Origin: Klebsiella pneumoniae
GTDB lineage: Bacteria; Myxococcota_A; UBA9042
Length of the DNA: 64,000 nt
Reading direction: 5' to 3'
Assembly (NCBI GenBank): GCA_945889325.1
Contig: CAMDBH010000001.1
Location: 27,096 to 91,095, forward strand
Positions 19,209 to 29,194 of the stretch are shown piece after piece. Both the position numbers and the translations under genes were made by a program. Numbering within the stretch: the stretch's first letter is position 1; every line of letters begins with the position of its first letter. The notes under the pieces are model-generated. The model was not told the origin of the DNA, ran no database searches, and worked only from the letters and a program-made list of their open reading frames with translations.

Positions 19209-20024
19209 ATGGGTGAAACTAGTTACTTGCACATCGATCACGTCGGCGAAATGCAGCACTGCTACGGGCCGCGGGTGCACCTGTTGCGCGATCCGCTGGC
19301 GCTGACTTGGCTGGCTCGCCTTTGCCACCCACAGTGCGTGCAACCCGAAGTAAATCGTTTAATTTCACTACTTTACCGCGGGCTGATGCGTGAAGTCATC
19401 AACCGCGAACTGCCGCGGCGCGTAGTGCGTTCGGACACGCGGATGCGCGAACACACGCCGCTGGGGGTGTATGAAGGACAAATTATTGATCCTTCAACGG
19501 AAGTGACGACTGTCGACATTGCCCGCGCGGGCATTTTGCCTTCGATGGTTTGCTTTGAAGCGCTGTGTGAAGTCCTTGATCCCACACGGGTTCGTCAGGA
19601 CCACATCTTGATGAATCGCTTGGTCAATGACGCAGCCCAGGTCACGGGGGCTGGCATGTTCGGTCGCAAGATCGCGGGGCCTGTCGCCGGCAGGACCGTG
19701 CTTTTTCCGGATCCGATGGGCGCCACCGGTGGTTCTCTCACCGAAGCGATCAACTTCTACCTGACCGAACTGGACGGGCCGCCGCAACATATTTTCGCGA
19801 TAAATTTGATGATTACGCCTGAATATATCCGCAAATTGATGACGTCTCTGCCTGAGAACGTGCATATTTACGCCTATCGCTTGGATCGCGGCCTGTCGCC
19901 CGCGGATGTGCTGGCCGACGTGCCGGGCGCGCAATGGGACCGCGAGCGCGGCTTGACCGAACACCAATACATCGTACCCGGTGCCGGCGGTATGGGCGAA
20001 ATCATGAACAACGCCCTGACCTAA
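19209..20024 (+). CDS. upp: Uracil phosphoribosyltransferase (divergent type)
   Basis: IARAG, the PRPP loop DPMGATGGS and a C-terminal YIVPGAGGMG. Confidence 0.8.
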   Translation: MGETSYLHIDHVGEMQHCYGPRVHLLRDPLALTWLARLCHPQCVQPEVNRLISLLYRGLMREVINRELPRRVVRSDTRMREHTPLGVYEGQIIDPSTEVTTVDIARAGILPSMVCFEALCEVLDPTRVRQDHILMNRLVNDAAQVTGAGMFGRKIAGPVAGRTVLFPDPMGATGGSLTEAINFYLTELDGPPQHIFAINLMITPEYIRKLMTSLPENVHIYAYRLDRGLSPADVLADVPGAQWDRERGLTEHQYIVPGAGGMGEIMNNALT

Positions 20025-20069
20025 ATCATACTTGTTGCTTTGAATCCATCCAGTTTGGGAGTGCCTGCC

Positions 20070-20621
20070 ATGATCGAGCGCGTCGAATCCTACCTCAATG
20101 CAGCGCAAATCGCCGGGAGGACGGCAGAATTGGGCCAAGAGCTCGATGCGTTGCCGTCCACAAAGCAGCCCATGATTCTGGTTTGCGTGCTCAAGGGCTC
20201 CATTCATTTTTTTTCCGATCTGGCGCGTCAGATGCAACGCGATGTAAATCTGGTATTTCTGGCGGTTTCATCGTACGCGGGTGGCTTGGAGTCGTCGGGG
20301 GCGGTGCGCCTGACCCACGACTTGACGATGGATATCGCCGGTCGCGATGTGCTGGTGGTCGAAGACATCGTCGACACTGGCTTGACCATGAGTTATTTGA
20401 TGAATTTGCTGCAAGCCCGCCATCCGGCGAGCCTGCGTGTATGCACGCTGCTGCACAAACCTGCGCGCAAAAAGATCGAAGTGCCGCTAGATTACGTGGG
20501 TTTTACCATTCCCGACGTGTTCGTCGTCGGCTACGGGCTGGATTACGAAGAACGCTACCGCAATTTGCCCTTTATCGGCGTGATGCACTTTGACCACGCC
20601 GCTTCGCCCGAGTCGCACTAG
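20070..20621 (+). CDS. hpt: Hypoxanthine phosphoribosyltransferase
   Basis: VLKGS, VSSY, VLVVEDIVDTGLT and FVVGYGLDY. Confidence 0.95.
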   Translation: MIERVESYLNAAQIAGRTAELGQELDALPSTKQPMILVCVLKGSIHFFSDLARQMQRDVNLVFLAVSSYAGGLESSGAVRLTHDLTMDIAGRDVLVVEDIVDTGLTMSYLMNLLQARHPASLRVCTLLHKPARKKIEVPLDYVGFTIPDVFVVGYGLDYEERYRNLPFIGVMHFDHAASPESH

Positions 20622-20627
20622 ACGCAA

Positions 20628-21278
20628 ATGTCGAGCAAGTCCGTATTTCAACTCCATTTTTTGGGCCATGCGGCGTTTGACTTGCGCATGGGTGACATGC
20701 GTTTCTGCCTCGATCCGCACAAGCCCGGCGCTTTGGGAGGCCGTTTTCACTTCCCTGAAATCCAAGGGCCTTTTGACGCGATCGTCCACACCCACGCCCA
20801 CGAGGATCACAGCGCGTGGACCCCAGCGCTGGGCACAACGCGAATCGTCGATGGCGACTGCGACGTCGGGTCGGTGCAACTGCGCGTGCGGCCAGCGTTT
20901 CATGACGCCCACGGCGGCAAGCGCATGGGTTTGGTGCGCATGGTGTCGCTGCAAAGTGGCGCGCTGCGGGTCGTACATTGCGGCGACATCGCGGCATGGA
21001 ATGATCGTGATGTCGGTTGGTTAAAGCACACCGACGTGCTTTTGGTGCCCGTTGGCGGCACGTATACGCTCAACGGCGATCGCGCGGCAGAATTGGTGCG
21101 CGCCGTGCAACCGCGGGTGTGTGTGCCGATGCATGCGGCTGATAGACTTGTCGATTTGCCGCTCGATCCCATTGCCGACTTCATGGACAAAATGAATTGG
21201 CCCACCGCGGCGTGCGAAAAACTGGAGAGCCCGCTGCCGCAAACGCAGACGGTTTGCGTGATGCTGCGACCAGAATAG
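20628..21278 (+). CDS. MBL-fold metallohydrolase
   Basis: LGHAAF, THAHEDH, HCGD, PVGG and PMH. Confidence 0.85.
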   Translation: MSSKSVFQLHFLGHAAFDLRMGDMRFCLDPHKPGALGGRFHFPEIQGPFDAIVHTHAHEDHSAWTPALGTTRIVDGDCDVGSVQLRVRPAFHDAHGGKRMGLVRMVSLQSGALRVVHCGDIAAWNDRDVGWLKHTDVLLVPVGGTYTLNGDRAAELVRAVQPRVCVPMHAADRLVDLPLDPIADFMDKMNWPTAACEKLESPLPQTQTVCVMLRPE

Positions 21279-21417
21279 CCACAGAATATCTCTTGAGGTT
21301 AGCATAGTTACACTTTGTTGCTGCCCTTGCACTTTCGCGGGGCGGTTGCTAAACTTGTCGACTTGCCGCGGTTTGACTGCGCAGCTCTTGTCTTTTCACC
21401 GCCCCAGAGGTCTCGCC

Positions 21418-23652
21418 ATGAACGCCTTCTCCTCCTCAGTGACTTGGAACCAACGTTGTCGCTTCGTCGCTGTTACCACGATGATCGCCGCAATTTTAGG
21501 TGGTTGTGGCAACACGAACGGCGCGGCTGCGGGCAACAGCCCCTCGCCGGACACGGGACCAGCGGACGTGGCGGTGGCCAACGATACCGGGCCAGGCGGC
21601 GGCGATGGCGTTTCCGGTGGGGATACTGTTGGGCAAAATGACGTTGCGGTCGGTGATTCACTGGCGGTCGGCGATTCTCCAGCGTCGGGCAAAGATGCAG
21701 ACAACAAGGATGCTGTGTTGGACAGCAATATTTCAGACGGCACGGCCATGGATGCCATCGACGGCAAAGTCACCGATATCATTCCGAGCGACGGCAGCAG
21801 CGACATCAAAAAGACGGATAGTGCAAGCTCCGACGTCAGTTACGATATCGCCCCCACGGCCAAGTGCAAACTGGACGCCGATTGCAAGGACAAAGGATTT
21901 TCGCTGTGCTTGCCGGCGGTTTGCAACGTGGCCAGCGGCAATTGCGAGTTGAAACCGGCATCCGATAGCACCGTTTGCACCGTCGGTGGGATTTGCGGCG
22001 GAGCCGGCACCTGTAAACAGGGCGCGTGTTCGGCGCCAGACGGCTGCGCGCCGGTAGCCTGCGCGCCCAAGGCGGTTGCTTGCGGTGATGTGATCCAGAT
22101 CGATGCGACAAAAATGAATGGTTCTGCGATGCAAGCCTACAAATGCTCCACGCAGAAATGGGACGGAGCCGAGAACGTCTACGTGTTGTCGGCGGATAAA
22201 ACCACTGTCGTCCACGTGACTTTGGCCAGCACGGTGACGGAAGTCGCGTCGCCGCCGATGACGGTCATCAGCATGCCGCCAAACGCCGCCAACACCTGCG
22301 CGACCAACGAATGCGACGCGCAAGACAATGATTTCATGGCGGGTATCCCGGGCGGTAGCAAGCGGATTTTCGTCATTGAGACAACGAAAAACGCGGTCGG
22401 CACCTACAAACTGACGTTTAAGTGCACGTTGCCAACCGTTTGCGGCGATGGCCAGTGCGGCGAAGGCGAAGCCTGCACGAGTTGCCCGAAAGATTGCGGG
22501 CCTTGCAAGGCCTGTGGCGACGGCAAATGCGACGCGGCGACAGAGGATTGTGGCGCGTGTCCGGCGGACTGCGGCGCATGTGCGCCGGAATGTGTCGCCA
22601 AAAAAGCGGGCGATCCCAACCCATCGGGCTGCGGCGGCTGCGGTTGCGAAAAATGCGTCTGCGCGATGGACTCATTTTGCTGCAAAACGGCTTGGGACAG
22701 CAGTTGCGTCGACGAATGCAGTCAGCAGTGCAAAGGCCCTGAGTGCGGCGGCAAAGCTGTTTGCGGCAACAATACTTGCGACGACACCGAGGATCCCACA
22801 ACCTGCCCGAACGACTGCCCTCTAACGCCGGACTGCGGCGACGGGTACTGCGTCGCAACGGAAAAATGCGACAGCTGTTCGATCGACTGCGGTGGCTGCC
22901 CGGGCGGACAGCCGAGCGGCCCAACCTGTGGCAACGGCAAATGCGACGGTGCGGAACACTGTGGCACGTGCCCCGCCGATTGCGGTGTGTGTTCGCCGAA
23001 TTGTGCATCGCCCGGTTTGTCACAGGGCAGTGGCGCGGGCTGCGGCAACTGTGATTGCCAAGCGGTTGTTTGTGCACAAGATCCCTTCTGCTGCAAGACC
23101 AAATGGGACAGCGCTTGCGTCAACGAATGCATCGCCGCGTTGGGTGGAGCCGCGCCCAAATGCCCCAAAGTCAGTTGCGGCGATGGGTCGTGCTCTGCTG
23201 GCGAAACTTGCAGCGGCTGCCCCAAGGATTGCGGCGAATGTCCGCCCACTTGCGGCGACTCCAAATGCAACGGCACCGAGACGGCCGACAGTTGTCCCAA
23301 GGATTGCGGCGTCGGCTGCAAAGGTTTGTGCAACGATTACAGCAAGAACAAGACGGGCGGCATGTGCTCGTGCAAAGCGAATTGTTCAGCGAACGGCTTT
23401 CCGCCGTGCTGTGACGATTCTGCCGCCATGTGCCCGCCCAAATGTGGCGACGGTTTCTGCAATGGCACCGAAACCAAAGAGTCTTGTGCGGAGGACTGCG
23501 CAGGGCATTTCTGCGATAAGAACTGCGGTGGCCAAGGCAACGGCTGTTACTGCGATGCGACTTGCAAATCGGCGGGCGATTGCTGCGATGCGAGCGGCAG
23601 CAAAGTAGCTGGCAAGTCGTGTGCCGGGTCCACGTGCGCCAACTGCAAGTAA
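21418..23652 (+). CDS. Large Cys-rich repeat lipoprotein
   Basis: Lipobox LGGC, an acidic linker, about 8 CG(D/N)xxC..E.C..CP.DC repeats, two C..D.FCC...WD..C modules and two somatomedin-B-like modules. Confidence 0.8.
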   Translation: MNAFSSSVTWNQRCRFVAVTTMIAAILGGCGNTNGAAAGNSPSPDTGPADVAVANDTGPGGGDGVSGGDTVGQNDVAVGDSLAVGDSPASGKDADNKDAVLDSNISDGTAMDAIDGKVTDIIPSDGSSDIKKTDSASSDVSYDIAPTAKCKLDADCKDKGFSLCLPAVCNVASGNCELKPASDSTVCTVGGICGGAGTCKQGACSAPDGCAPVACAPKAVACGDVIQIDATKMNGSAMQAYKCSTQKWDGAENVYVLSADKTTVVHVTLASTVTEVASPPMTVISMPPNAANTCATNECDAQDNDFMAGIPGGSKRIFVIETTKNAVGTYKLTFKCTLPTVCGDGQCGEGEACTSCPKDCGPCKACGDGKCDAATEDCGACPADCGACAPECVAKKAGDPNPSGCGGCGCEKCVCAMDSFCCKTAWDSSCVDECSQQCKGPECGGKAVCGNNTCDDTEDPTTCPNDCPLTPDCGDGYCVATEKCDSCSIDCGGCPGGQPSGPTCGNGKCDGAEHCGTCPADCGVCSPNCASPGLSQGSGAGCGNCDCQAVVCAQDPFCCKTKWDSACVNECIAALGGAAPKCPKVSCGDGSCSAGETCSGCPKDCGECPPTCGDSKCNGTETADSCPKDCGVGCKGLCNDYSKNKTGGMCSCKANCSANGFPPCCDDSAAMCPPKCGDGFCNGTETKESCAEDCAGHFCDKNCGGQGNGCYCDATCKSAGDCCDASGSKVAGKSCAGSTCANCK

Positions 23653-23729
23653 ATCTCCGACTTGTGCATGAGCGTATGCCGCTGGTGCAACGCGCCAAGC
23701 CGCAAAACTTCCAAACAATTTGAGGCAGT

Positions 23730-26462
23730 ATGGCCAATCGTCCGCTTTTGCTGCTGATCGACGGATCGCACGCTGTATTTCGGGCTTTTTTTGCCGTGCG
23801 CGGCCTGACTTCGCCGGTGGGGCAGCCGACGGGCGCGGTGTTCGGCTTTGTTTCCATGCTGCAAAAATTGCTGCGCGATCGCCAACCCGCCAAGATTGCG
23901 GCCTGTTTTGATACGTCGGCACCGACTTTTCGCCACGAGTTGGATCCAAATTACAAAGCCAATCGCCCGGATATGCCGCCGGATCTTCAGATTCAGTGGC
24001 CGATCGCGCAACGCGTTTGCGTGGAGTTAGGCGTGCCGTTGCTGGTGCTCCCTGGGATGGAAGCCGATGATCTGATTGCCACTTTGGCGATTCGCGGCCG
24101 CAAAGCGGGCCACGACGTGCTGATCGTCAGTGGCGACAAAGATCTGATGCAGTTGGTGATCGAGGCCGACGGCGATCAAGGCTGGATCCGCCAACTCGAC
24201 GATGGCAAGGGACTGGTCTATACGCCCAAACAAGTGGAAGAAAAATGGGGGGTTGGACCCGATCGCATCGGCGATTTGTTGGCGATCATGGGCGATTCCT
24301 CGGACAACATCCCCGGCGTCAAAGGCATCGGCGAAAAAGGCGCGGTCAAATTGCTGCAGCAATGGGGCACGCTGGATGGGATTTACGCGCAGATTGACAA
24401 GGTAGAACCGCCAAGAACACAACAGCTTTTGCGCGACAGCGCCGATGCGGCCAAGCTCGCGCGGCAAATGGTGGCGTTGGATATGGACGCGCAGTTGCCG
24501 TGGCAACTGGATGACTTGAAACGCCAACCCGATGATCGCGACGCGTTGGCAAAAACTTTTGCCGAACTGGGCTTCAAACGGTTGCAAACAGAATTCACAG
24601 ACGTCCCCGCGGGCCAAGAACAGCAACTTCAGTTTGAAATCCTCACTGATCTCTCAGATATCCAAGGCGTGGCCGAGCAAATTCGCCTCAGTCGGCAAGT
24701 GGCGATCGCCACCGTGACCAGTCAGGCCGATCCGGAGAGATTGCAGCCGATGTGGGGCAATTTGGTCGGCATCGGCCTGAGTTGGACGGCGCGGCATGTG
24801 GCGTACATTCCCCTGCAACACGTGGATCAGCTCGGCGGCAGAGCGCTGGGTCAAACCCAAAAAGACGAAGTGCTGCGTATCCTCAAGCCCGTGCTGGAAA
24901 ATCCGCAAATCGGCAAGATCGGGCATCACAGCAAGTACGACACGTTGGTACTGCGGCGCCACGGCGTGCAAGTGCGCGGATGGATAGGTGATGTGCAACT
25001 CGCGAGCTATGTGCACGATGCGGAACGCTACACGCATTCGCTGCGCAACATCGCGTCAGGGCTGAGCAATACGATTTTGGCCGCGGAAGATGAATGGCTG
25101 GGCAAAGGCAAGAATCAAACCGGTTGGGACAAAGTGCCAGTCGACAAAGCTGCGGCGCACGTCGCGCAACGGGCCGCGCTGATTTGGCAACTGCATGCGC
25201 TGTTGCTGCCCTTGCTCGATGAAGTCCATGTGCGCGGTATTTATCGCGATATGGAAGTTCCACTGGCCGATGTGCTGGGCCAGATGGAGTGGAACGGCAT
25301 TCGGGTTGAACCGGATGAATTGGCCAAGCAAAGTCTTTGGTTGGCCGGTGAGATTGCGGCGGAAGAAGCGCAGATTCATGAACTTGCTGGGCAAAAGTTC
25401 AATGTTGGCTCGCCGTCGCAACTGGGCGACATTTTGTTTGTCAAACTCGCATTGCCGGCGAAAAAGAAAACGCAGACGGGCTATTCCACCGATCAAAGTG
25501 TGCTGGAAGCGCTGGATCATCCGATCGCGGCCAAGGTGCTGCGGTATCGCCAGTTGGCCAAGTTAAAGGGCACTTACACCGACGCTTTGCCCGAAGTGAT
25601 TTTGCCGCTTGATAGCCGAATTCACACGTGTTTTGCCCAAGCCGTCGCGTCAACTGGTCGGCTTTCGTCCATCGAGCCAAACTTGCAAAACATTCCGATT
25701 CGCAGCCAAGAAGGCAAACGCATCCGGCAGGCGTTCGTGGCAGCGGAAAATTGCGTTCTGATGTCAGCAGATTACAGCCAAATCGAATTGCGCGTGATGG
25801 CGCACATGGCCGATGAACCGACGATGCAATCGGCCTTTGTGCGCGGTATGGATATTCACCGTGAGACGGCCGCGCAAATTTTCGGCGTTATGCCCGGCTT
25901 GGTGACGAGCGAGCAGCGCAGCGCGGCAAAAACAATCAACTTCGGGATCTTGTACGGCATGGGGCCGCAGCGTCTGGCGCGCGAGATCGGCGTCTCCCTC
26001 AAAGAGGCCAAGGCGTTCATCGAACGGTACTTTGCCAATTTTTCAGGTGTAAAAACTTGGGTGGAAAAAACGCTAGCCGATGCCAATGAAACTGGTGAAG
26101 TGCGCACGCTTTTTGGCCGACGCCGCACCCTGCCCGGCCTCAAGCAGCCGCCGGGGATGGAGCGCGCAGCAGCCGAGCGCGTGGCGGTCAACACGCCGGT
26201 GCAGGGAACGGCGGCTGATTTGATCAAAATCGCGATGATCGCGGTGCAAAAGCAGCTCAACGAGGGCAATTTTGCCGCCAAGTTGCTGCTGCAGGTGCAC
26301 GATGAACTGGTACTGGAAGTGCCAAACAGCGAGGTCGACGCCGTCACGATTTTGGTGCGCAACGCTATGGAAGGTGCCGGGATTTTGCCGGATGGGACGC
26401 CGATGAAAGTGCCGCTGCAAGTTGATCTGCGCTGCGGGCATTCTTGGGCCGATGCGCATTGA
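23730..26462 (+). CDS. polA: DNA polymerase I
   Basis: 5'-3' exonuclease motifs (LIDG, YKANR, EADD, SGDKD, GDSSDNIPG) and polymerase motifs (TGRLSS, ADYSQIELR, AKTINFGILYG, QVHDE). Confidence 0.97.
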   Translation: MANRPLLLLIDGSHAVFRAFFAVRGLTSPVGQPTGAVFGFVSMLQKLLRDRQPAKIAACFDTSAPTFRHELDPNYKANRPDMPPDLQIQWPIAQRVCVELGVPLLVLPGMEADDLIATLAIRGRKAGHDVLIVSGDKDLMQLVIEADGDQGWIRQLDDGKGLVYTPKQVEEKWGVGPDRIGDLLAIMGDSSDNIPGVKGIGEKGAVKLLQQWGTLDGIYAQIDKVEPPRTQQLLRDSADAAKLARQMVALDMDAQLPWQLDDLKRQPDDRDALAKTFAELGFKRLQTEFTDVPAGQEQQLQFEILTDLSDIQGVAEQIRLSRQVAIATVTSQADPERLQPMWGNLVGIGLSWTARHVAYIPLQHVDQLGGRALGQTQKDEVLRILKPVLENPQIGKIGHHSKYDTLVLRRHGVQVRGWIGDVQLASYVHDAERYTHSLRNIASGLSNTILAAEDEWLGKGKNQTGWDKVPVDKAAAHVAQRAALIWQLHALLLPLLDEVHVRGIYRDMEVPLADVLGQMEWNGIRVEPDELAKQSLWLAGEIAAEEAQIHELAGQKFNVGSPSQLGDILFVKLALPAKKKTQTGYSTDQSVLEALDHPIAAKVLRYRQLAKLKGTYTDALPEVILPLDSRIHTCFAQAVASTGRLSSIEPNLQNIPIRSQEGKRIRQAFVAAENCVLMSADYSQIELRVMAHMADEPTMQSAFVRGMDIHRETAAQIFGVMPGLVTSEQRSAAKTINFGILYGMGPQRLAREIGVSLKEAKAFIERYFANFSGVKTWVEKTLADANETGEVRTLFGRRRTLPGLKQPPGMERAAAERVAVNTPVQGTAADLIKIAMIAVQKQLNEGNFAAKLLLQVHDELVLEVPNSEVDAVTILVRNAMEGAGILPDGTPMKVPLQVDLRCGHSWADAH

Positions 26463-26465
26463 CGG

Positions 26466-26891
26466 TCATTTTTTTTCCAACAATTCCACCAACGCGCCAA
26501 CTGTCGATTTTGGATGCGCAAAACGCACAGGATACCCTTCTGCGCCGATGCGCGTGCCGGTGCCGAGCATTTTGATGCCCTGCCCTTCTGCTTGGGCGGT
26601 AGACACAGCGATATCATCCACTTCCAAGCAAATGTGGTGGATGCCGCCGCCGCGTTTTTCCAAAAAATTGCCGATCTCACTGCCGTCGCCCAGCGGCGCC
26701 AGCAATTCGATAAGTGTTTCACCGCATTGCAGAAAGGCCACCCGCAAACCATTTTCAGGCATGTCTATGATTTCTTTGACCTGCAAACCCAGCGCATCGC
26801 GCCACACCAGCAGCGCTTCATCCAGATCTTTGACCGCGATGCCCAAGTGATTGATGCGTTTGGGTGAAATTGGCTGTGCAACGTCGCTCAT
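26466..26891 (-). CDS. mce: Methylmalonyl-CoA epimerase
   Basis: INHLGIAV, IELLAP, GGIHHICLEV and FAHPKSTVGALVEL. Confidence 0.9.
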   Translation of the reverse strand: MSDVAQPISPKRINHLGIAVKDLDEALLVWRDALGLQVKEIIDMPENGLRVAFLQCGETLIELLAPLGDGSEIGNFLEKRGGGIHHICLEVDDIAVSTAQAEGQGIKMLGTGTRIGAEGYPVRFAHPKSTVGALVELLEKK

Positions 26892-27000
26892 CTTTTGCCT
26901 TTTGCGCAGCTTGGGTTGGCGCTGCACGCGCTGGCGACTATTATCTCGCACGCGCGCCGCGTAAACCAACTGCGACCGCCCAATGGGCAGACTGAGCCAA

Positions 27001-27744
27001 ATGATCGAATTTCGAAATATTTACAAATCATTTGGCAGCAAACACGTGCTCAGAAACGTGTCGGTCAACGCGGAAAAAGGCACGATTTTATTTATTGTCG
27101 GTATTTCCGGCGCCGGCAAATCGGTGTTGGTCAAACATTTGGTCGGCTTGATGAAACCCGATGCCGGCCAAGTCCTGCTCGATGGCGTAGATGTCACGCA
27201 TTTTACTGAGAAAGCCTTTTATCCGGTGCGGATGCGCTGCGCGATGGTGTTTCAACATTCGACGCTTTTTGATTCAATGAACTTGGTGGAAAACGTGACG
27301 CTGCCGCTGCGAAAACACAAGGGTTTGAAGGGCAAAGAGGCCACCAATGCGGCGATGGGTTTTCTCAAACGCGTGCAGATGGACCATATGGCTGAGAAAT
27401 TTCCGTCCGACATCGGCGATGGCTTGCGCAAACGCGTCGCGATCGCGCGGGCACTGACGCTGTCGCCGGATTTTGTGATCTTTGACGAGCCGACCACTGG
27501 GCTTGATCCAATGGCAGCGGCCAACGTAGATCAATTGATTCGAGCACTTTCGGTGGAGCAAGGCGTAACATCGATTGTTGTCAGCCACGATCTGCGTTCC
27601 ATTTTTACCGTCGCCGATCGCATTGCTATGATCTATCAAGGCGAAGTGCGTTTAGAGGGGACACCAAAAGAATTTCGCGCGACGGCGGATCCAGTAATTC
27701 AGCAATTTATTCGTGGACTTGCCGAAGGACCGATGATTCTTTAG
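27001..27744 (+). CDS. mlaF: MlaF/Ttg2A-type ABC ATPase
   Basis: Walker A GISGAGKS, VFQ...LFDS, RKRVAIARAL, DEPTTGLDP, SHD and DPVIQQF. Confidence 0.85.
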   Translation: MIEFRNIYKSFGSKHVLRNVSVNAEKGTILFIVGISGAGKSVLVKHLVGLMKPDAGQVLLDGVDVTHFTEKAFYPVRMRCAMVFQHSTLFDSMNLVENVTLPLRKHKGLKGKEATNAAMGFLKRVQMDHMAEKFPSDIGDGLRKRVAIARALTLSPDFVIFDEPTTGLDPMAAANVDQLIRALSVEQGVTSIVVSHDLRSIFTVADRIAMIYQGEVRLEGTPKEFRATADPVIQQFIRGLAEGPMIL

Positions 27745-27833
27745 ACCCGCAAAAGTGCGCGAGCGCTTGCCCATCAAATGAATATGCCGCAAGATTCCGC
27801 GCCTGTCTGAAACTAGCGCAGCCGAGGAAACTG

Positions 27834-28901
27834 GTGAAAGAAAAGTCCATCGAGATCAAAGTCGGCGCGCTGGTGCTCATCTGCACGGCGCTGCTTGTCG
27901 GCTTTATCTTTATTCTTGGCGATATGGGCGGCGCTAGCGGCTATCCAATCTCTGTCGATTTTCAGACGGCGAGCGACATCAAGGCGGCCGCGCCGGTCAA
28001 GATCGCCGGCGTGTCAGCGGGCAAAGTCAATCACGTTGAATACTGGGGTGGCAAGAAGGATCCCAAAAGCGGCAGGCGGGTCACGGTGCGGGTGTTTTTG
28101 GACCTCGATCCGGAAAAAGGCAAAACCTTGCACGGCGACGCGCAGTTCTATATTTCGACCCAAGGTATCTTGGGCGAAAAATATATTGAAATTGATCCGG
28201 GAAGTTACGACACGCCGATCCTCGCGGCCAACTCGACGCGCGAAGGTGTGCCGCCGCTGCGCATGGAAATTCTTGGGCAGCAGCTGACCAAAGTCGCAGG
28301 CGCAATTACGCGGATCTTGGAAAAGAACGAAAAAACGGTCGGTGATCTGCTCACGCACGCAGATGAAACTGTGCTTGAAACCAAGAAAACCGTGCAGGAC
28401 GCCGACAAACTGATTCTGGAAAACCGCGAAACGATCAAAGCGACGATCGCCAAACTCGATGCGGCGGCAAGCAAAGCCGAAGCCTTGGTGGCGACAATGC
28501 AAAGCGCCGTTGGCGATGGCAAACAAATCAAAAGATCGCTCGGCCACGTCGAATCGTTGACCGCCAAGGCCGATGACGCCGCCGACCCCATTTTGCGCGA
28601 TGCCAAAGTGGTCGCGAAAAATGTGCGGACGCTTTCTGAAAAGCTGCGCGATCAACCGACAGCTGAAGTGCTGCTGGGCGACAAAGGCCACGGCAAGATT
28701 ATGACAACGCTGGATAAAGCCGATGCGGCCATGGGCAAAGTCGACGGCGTGATCGACGACGTCAAAGCAGTCAGCGCCAATGCGCGCGCCGGTCGCGGCA
28801 CGGTGGGCGGCTTGCTCATGGACAACGAGCTGTTCATGGATCTCAAGCTTTTGCTCAAAGACTTGAAGCGACATCCGTGGAAGTTCATTTGGCGTGAATA
28901 G
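27834..28901 (+). CDS. mlaD: MlaD/MCE-domain protein with helical C-terminus
   Basis: EIKVG plus a TM helix, APVKIAGVSAGKV, GILGEKYIEIDPG and GTVGGLL. Confidence 0.85.
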   Translation: MKEKSIEIKVGALVLICTALLVGFIFILGDMGGASGYPISVDFQTASDIKAAAPVKIAGVSAGKVNHVEYWGGKKDPKSGRRVTVRVFLDLDPEKGKTLHGDAQFYISTQGILGEKYIEIDPGSYDTPILAANSTREGVPPLRMEILGQQLTKVAGAITRILEKNEKTVGDLLTHADETVLETKKTVQDADKLILENRETIKATIAKLDAAASKAEALVATMQSAVGDGKQIKRSLGHVESLTAKADDAADPILRDAKVVAKNVRTLSEKLRDQPTAEVLLGDKGHGKIMTTLDKADAAMGKVDGVIDDVKAVSANARAGRGTVGGLLMDNELFMDLKLLLKDLKRHPWKFIWRE

Positions 28902-29159
28902 ACCTTCCATTTAATCGCGTAATTGTAGCGACTTGTGCTACTTTTGCCGCAGTTTGAATGCCACGGCACGAGATGATCAAGATCGCACAAGATCGAACGC
29001 GGAGATCTCCCGGCCCAATCTGCGCAAGCGATGAGTCATCCCACTGTAATGCTAACGTTTGCTCGCCTCTTGGCTGGTCCATCGGCGTGCGGCATGAGAC
29101 GATTTCCTACGAAATCTGCAACAGATCGGCAAAAAAGCGCGCTGCGTCACAAAATGCGC

Positions 29160-29188
29160 TTGACAGCAAAGTTGAGATCCCGGATAAC
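29160..29188 (+). promoter_or_regulatory. Putative sigma70 promoter of the ribosomal cluster
   Basis: TTGACA (29160-29165), 17-bp spacer, GATAAC (29183-29188). Confidence 0.6.
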
Positions 29189-29194
29189 AGTGGC

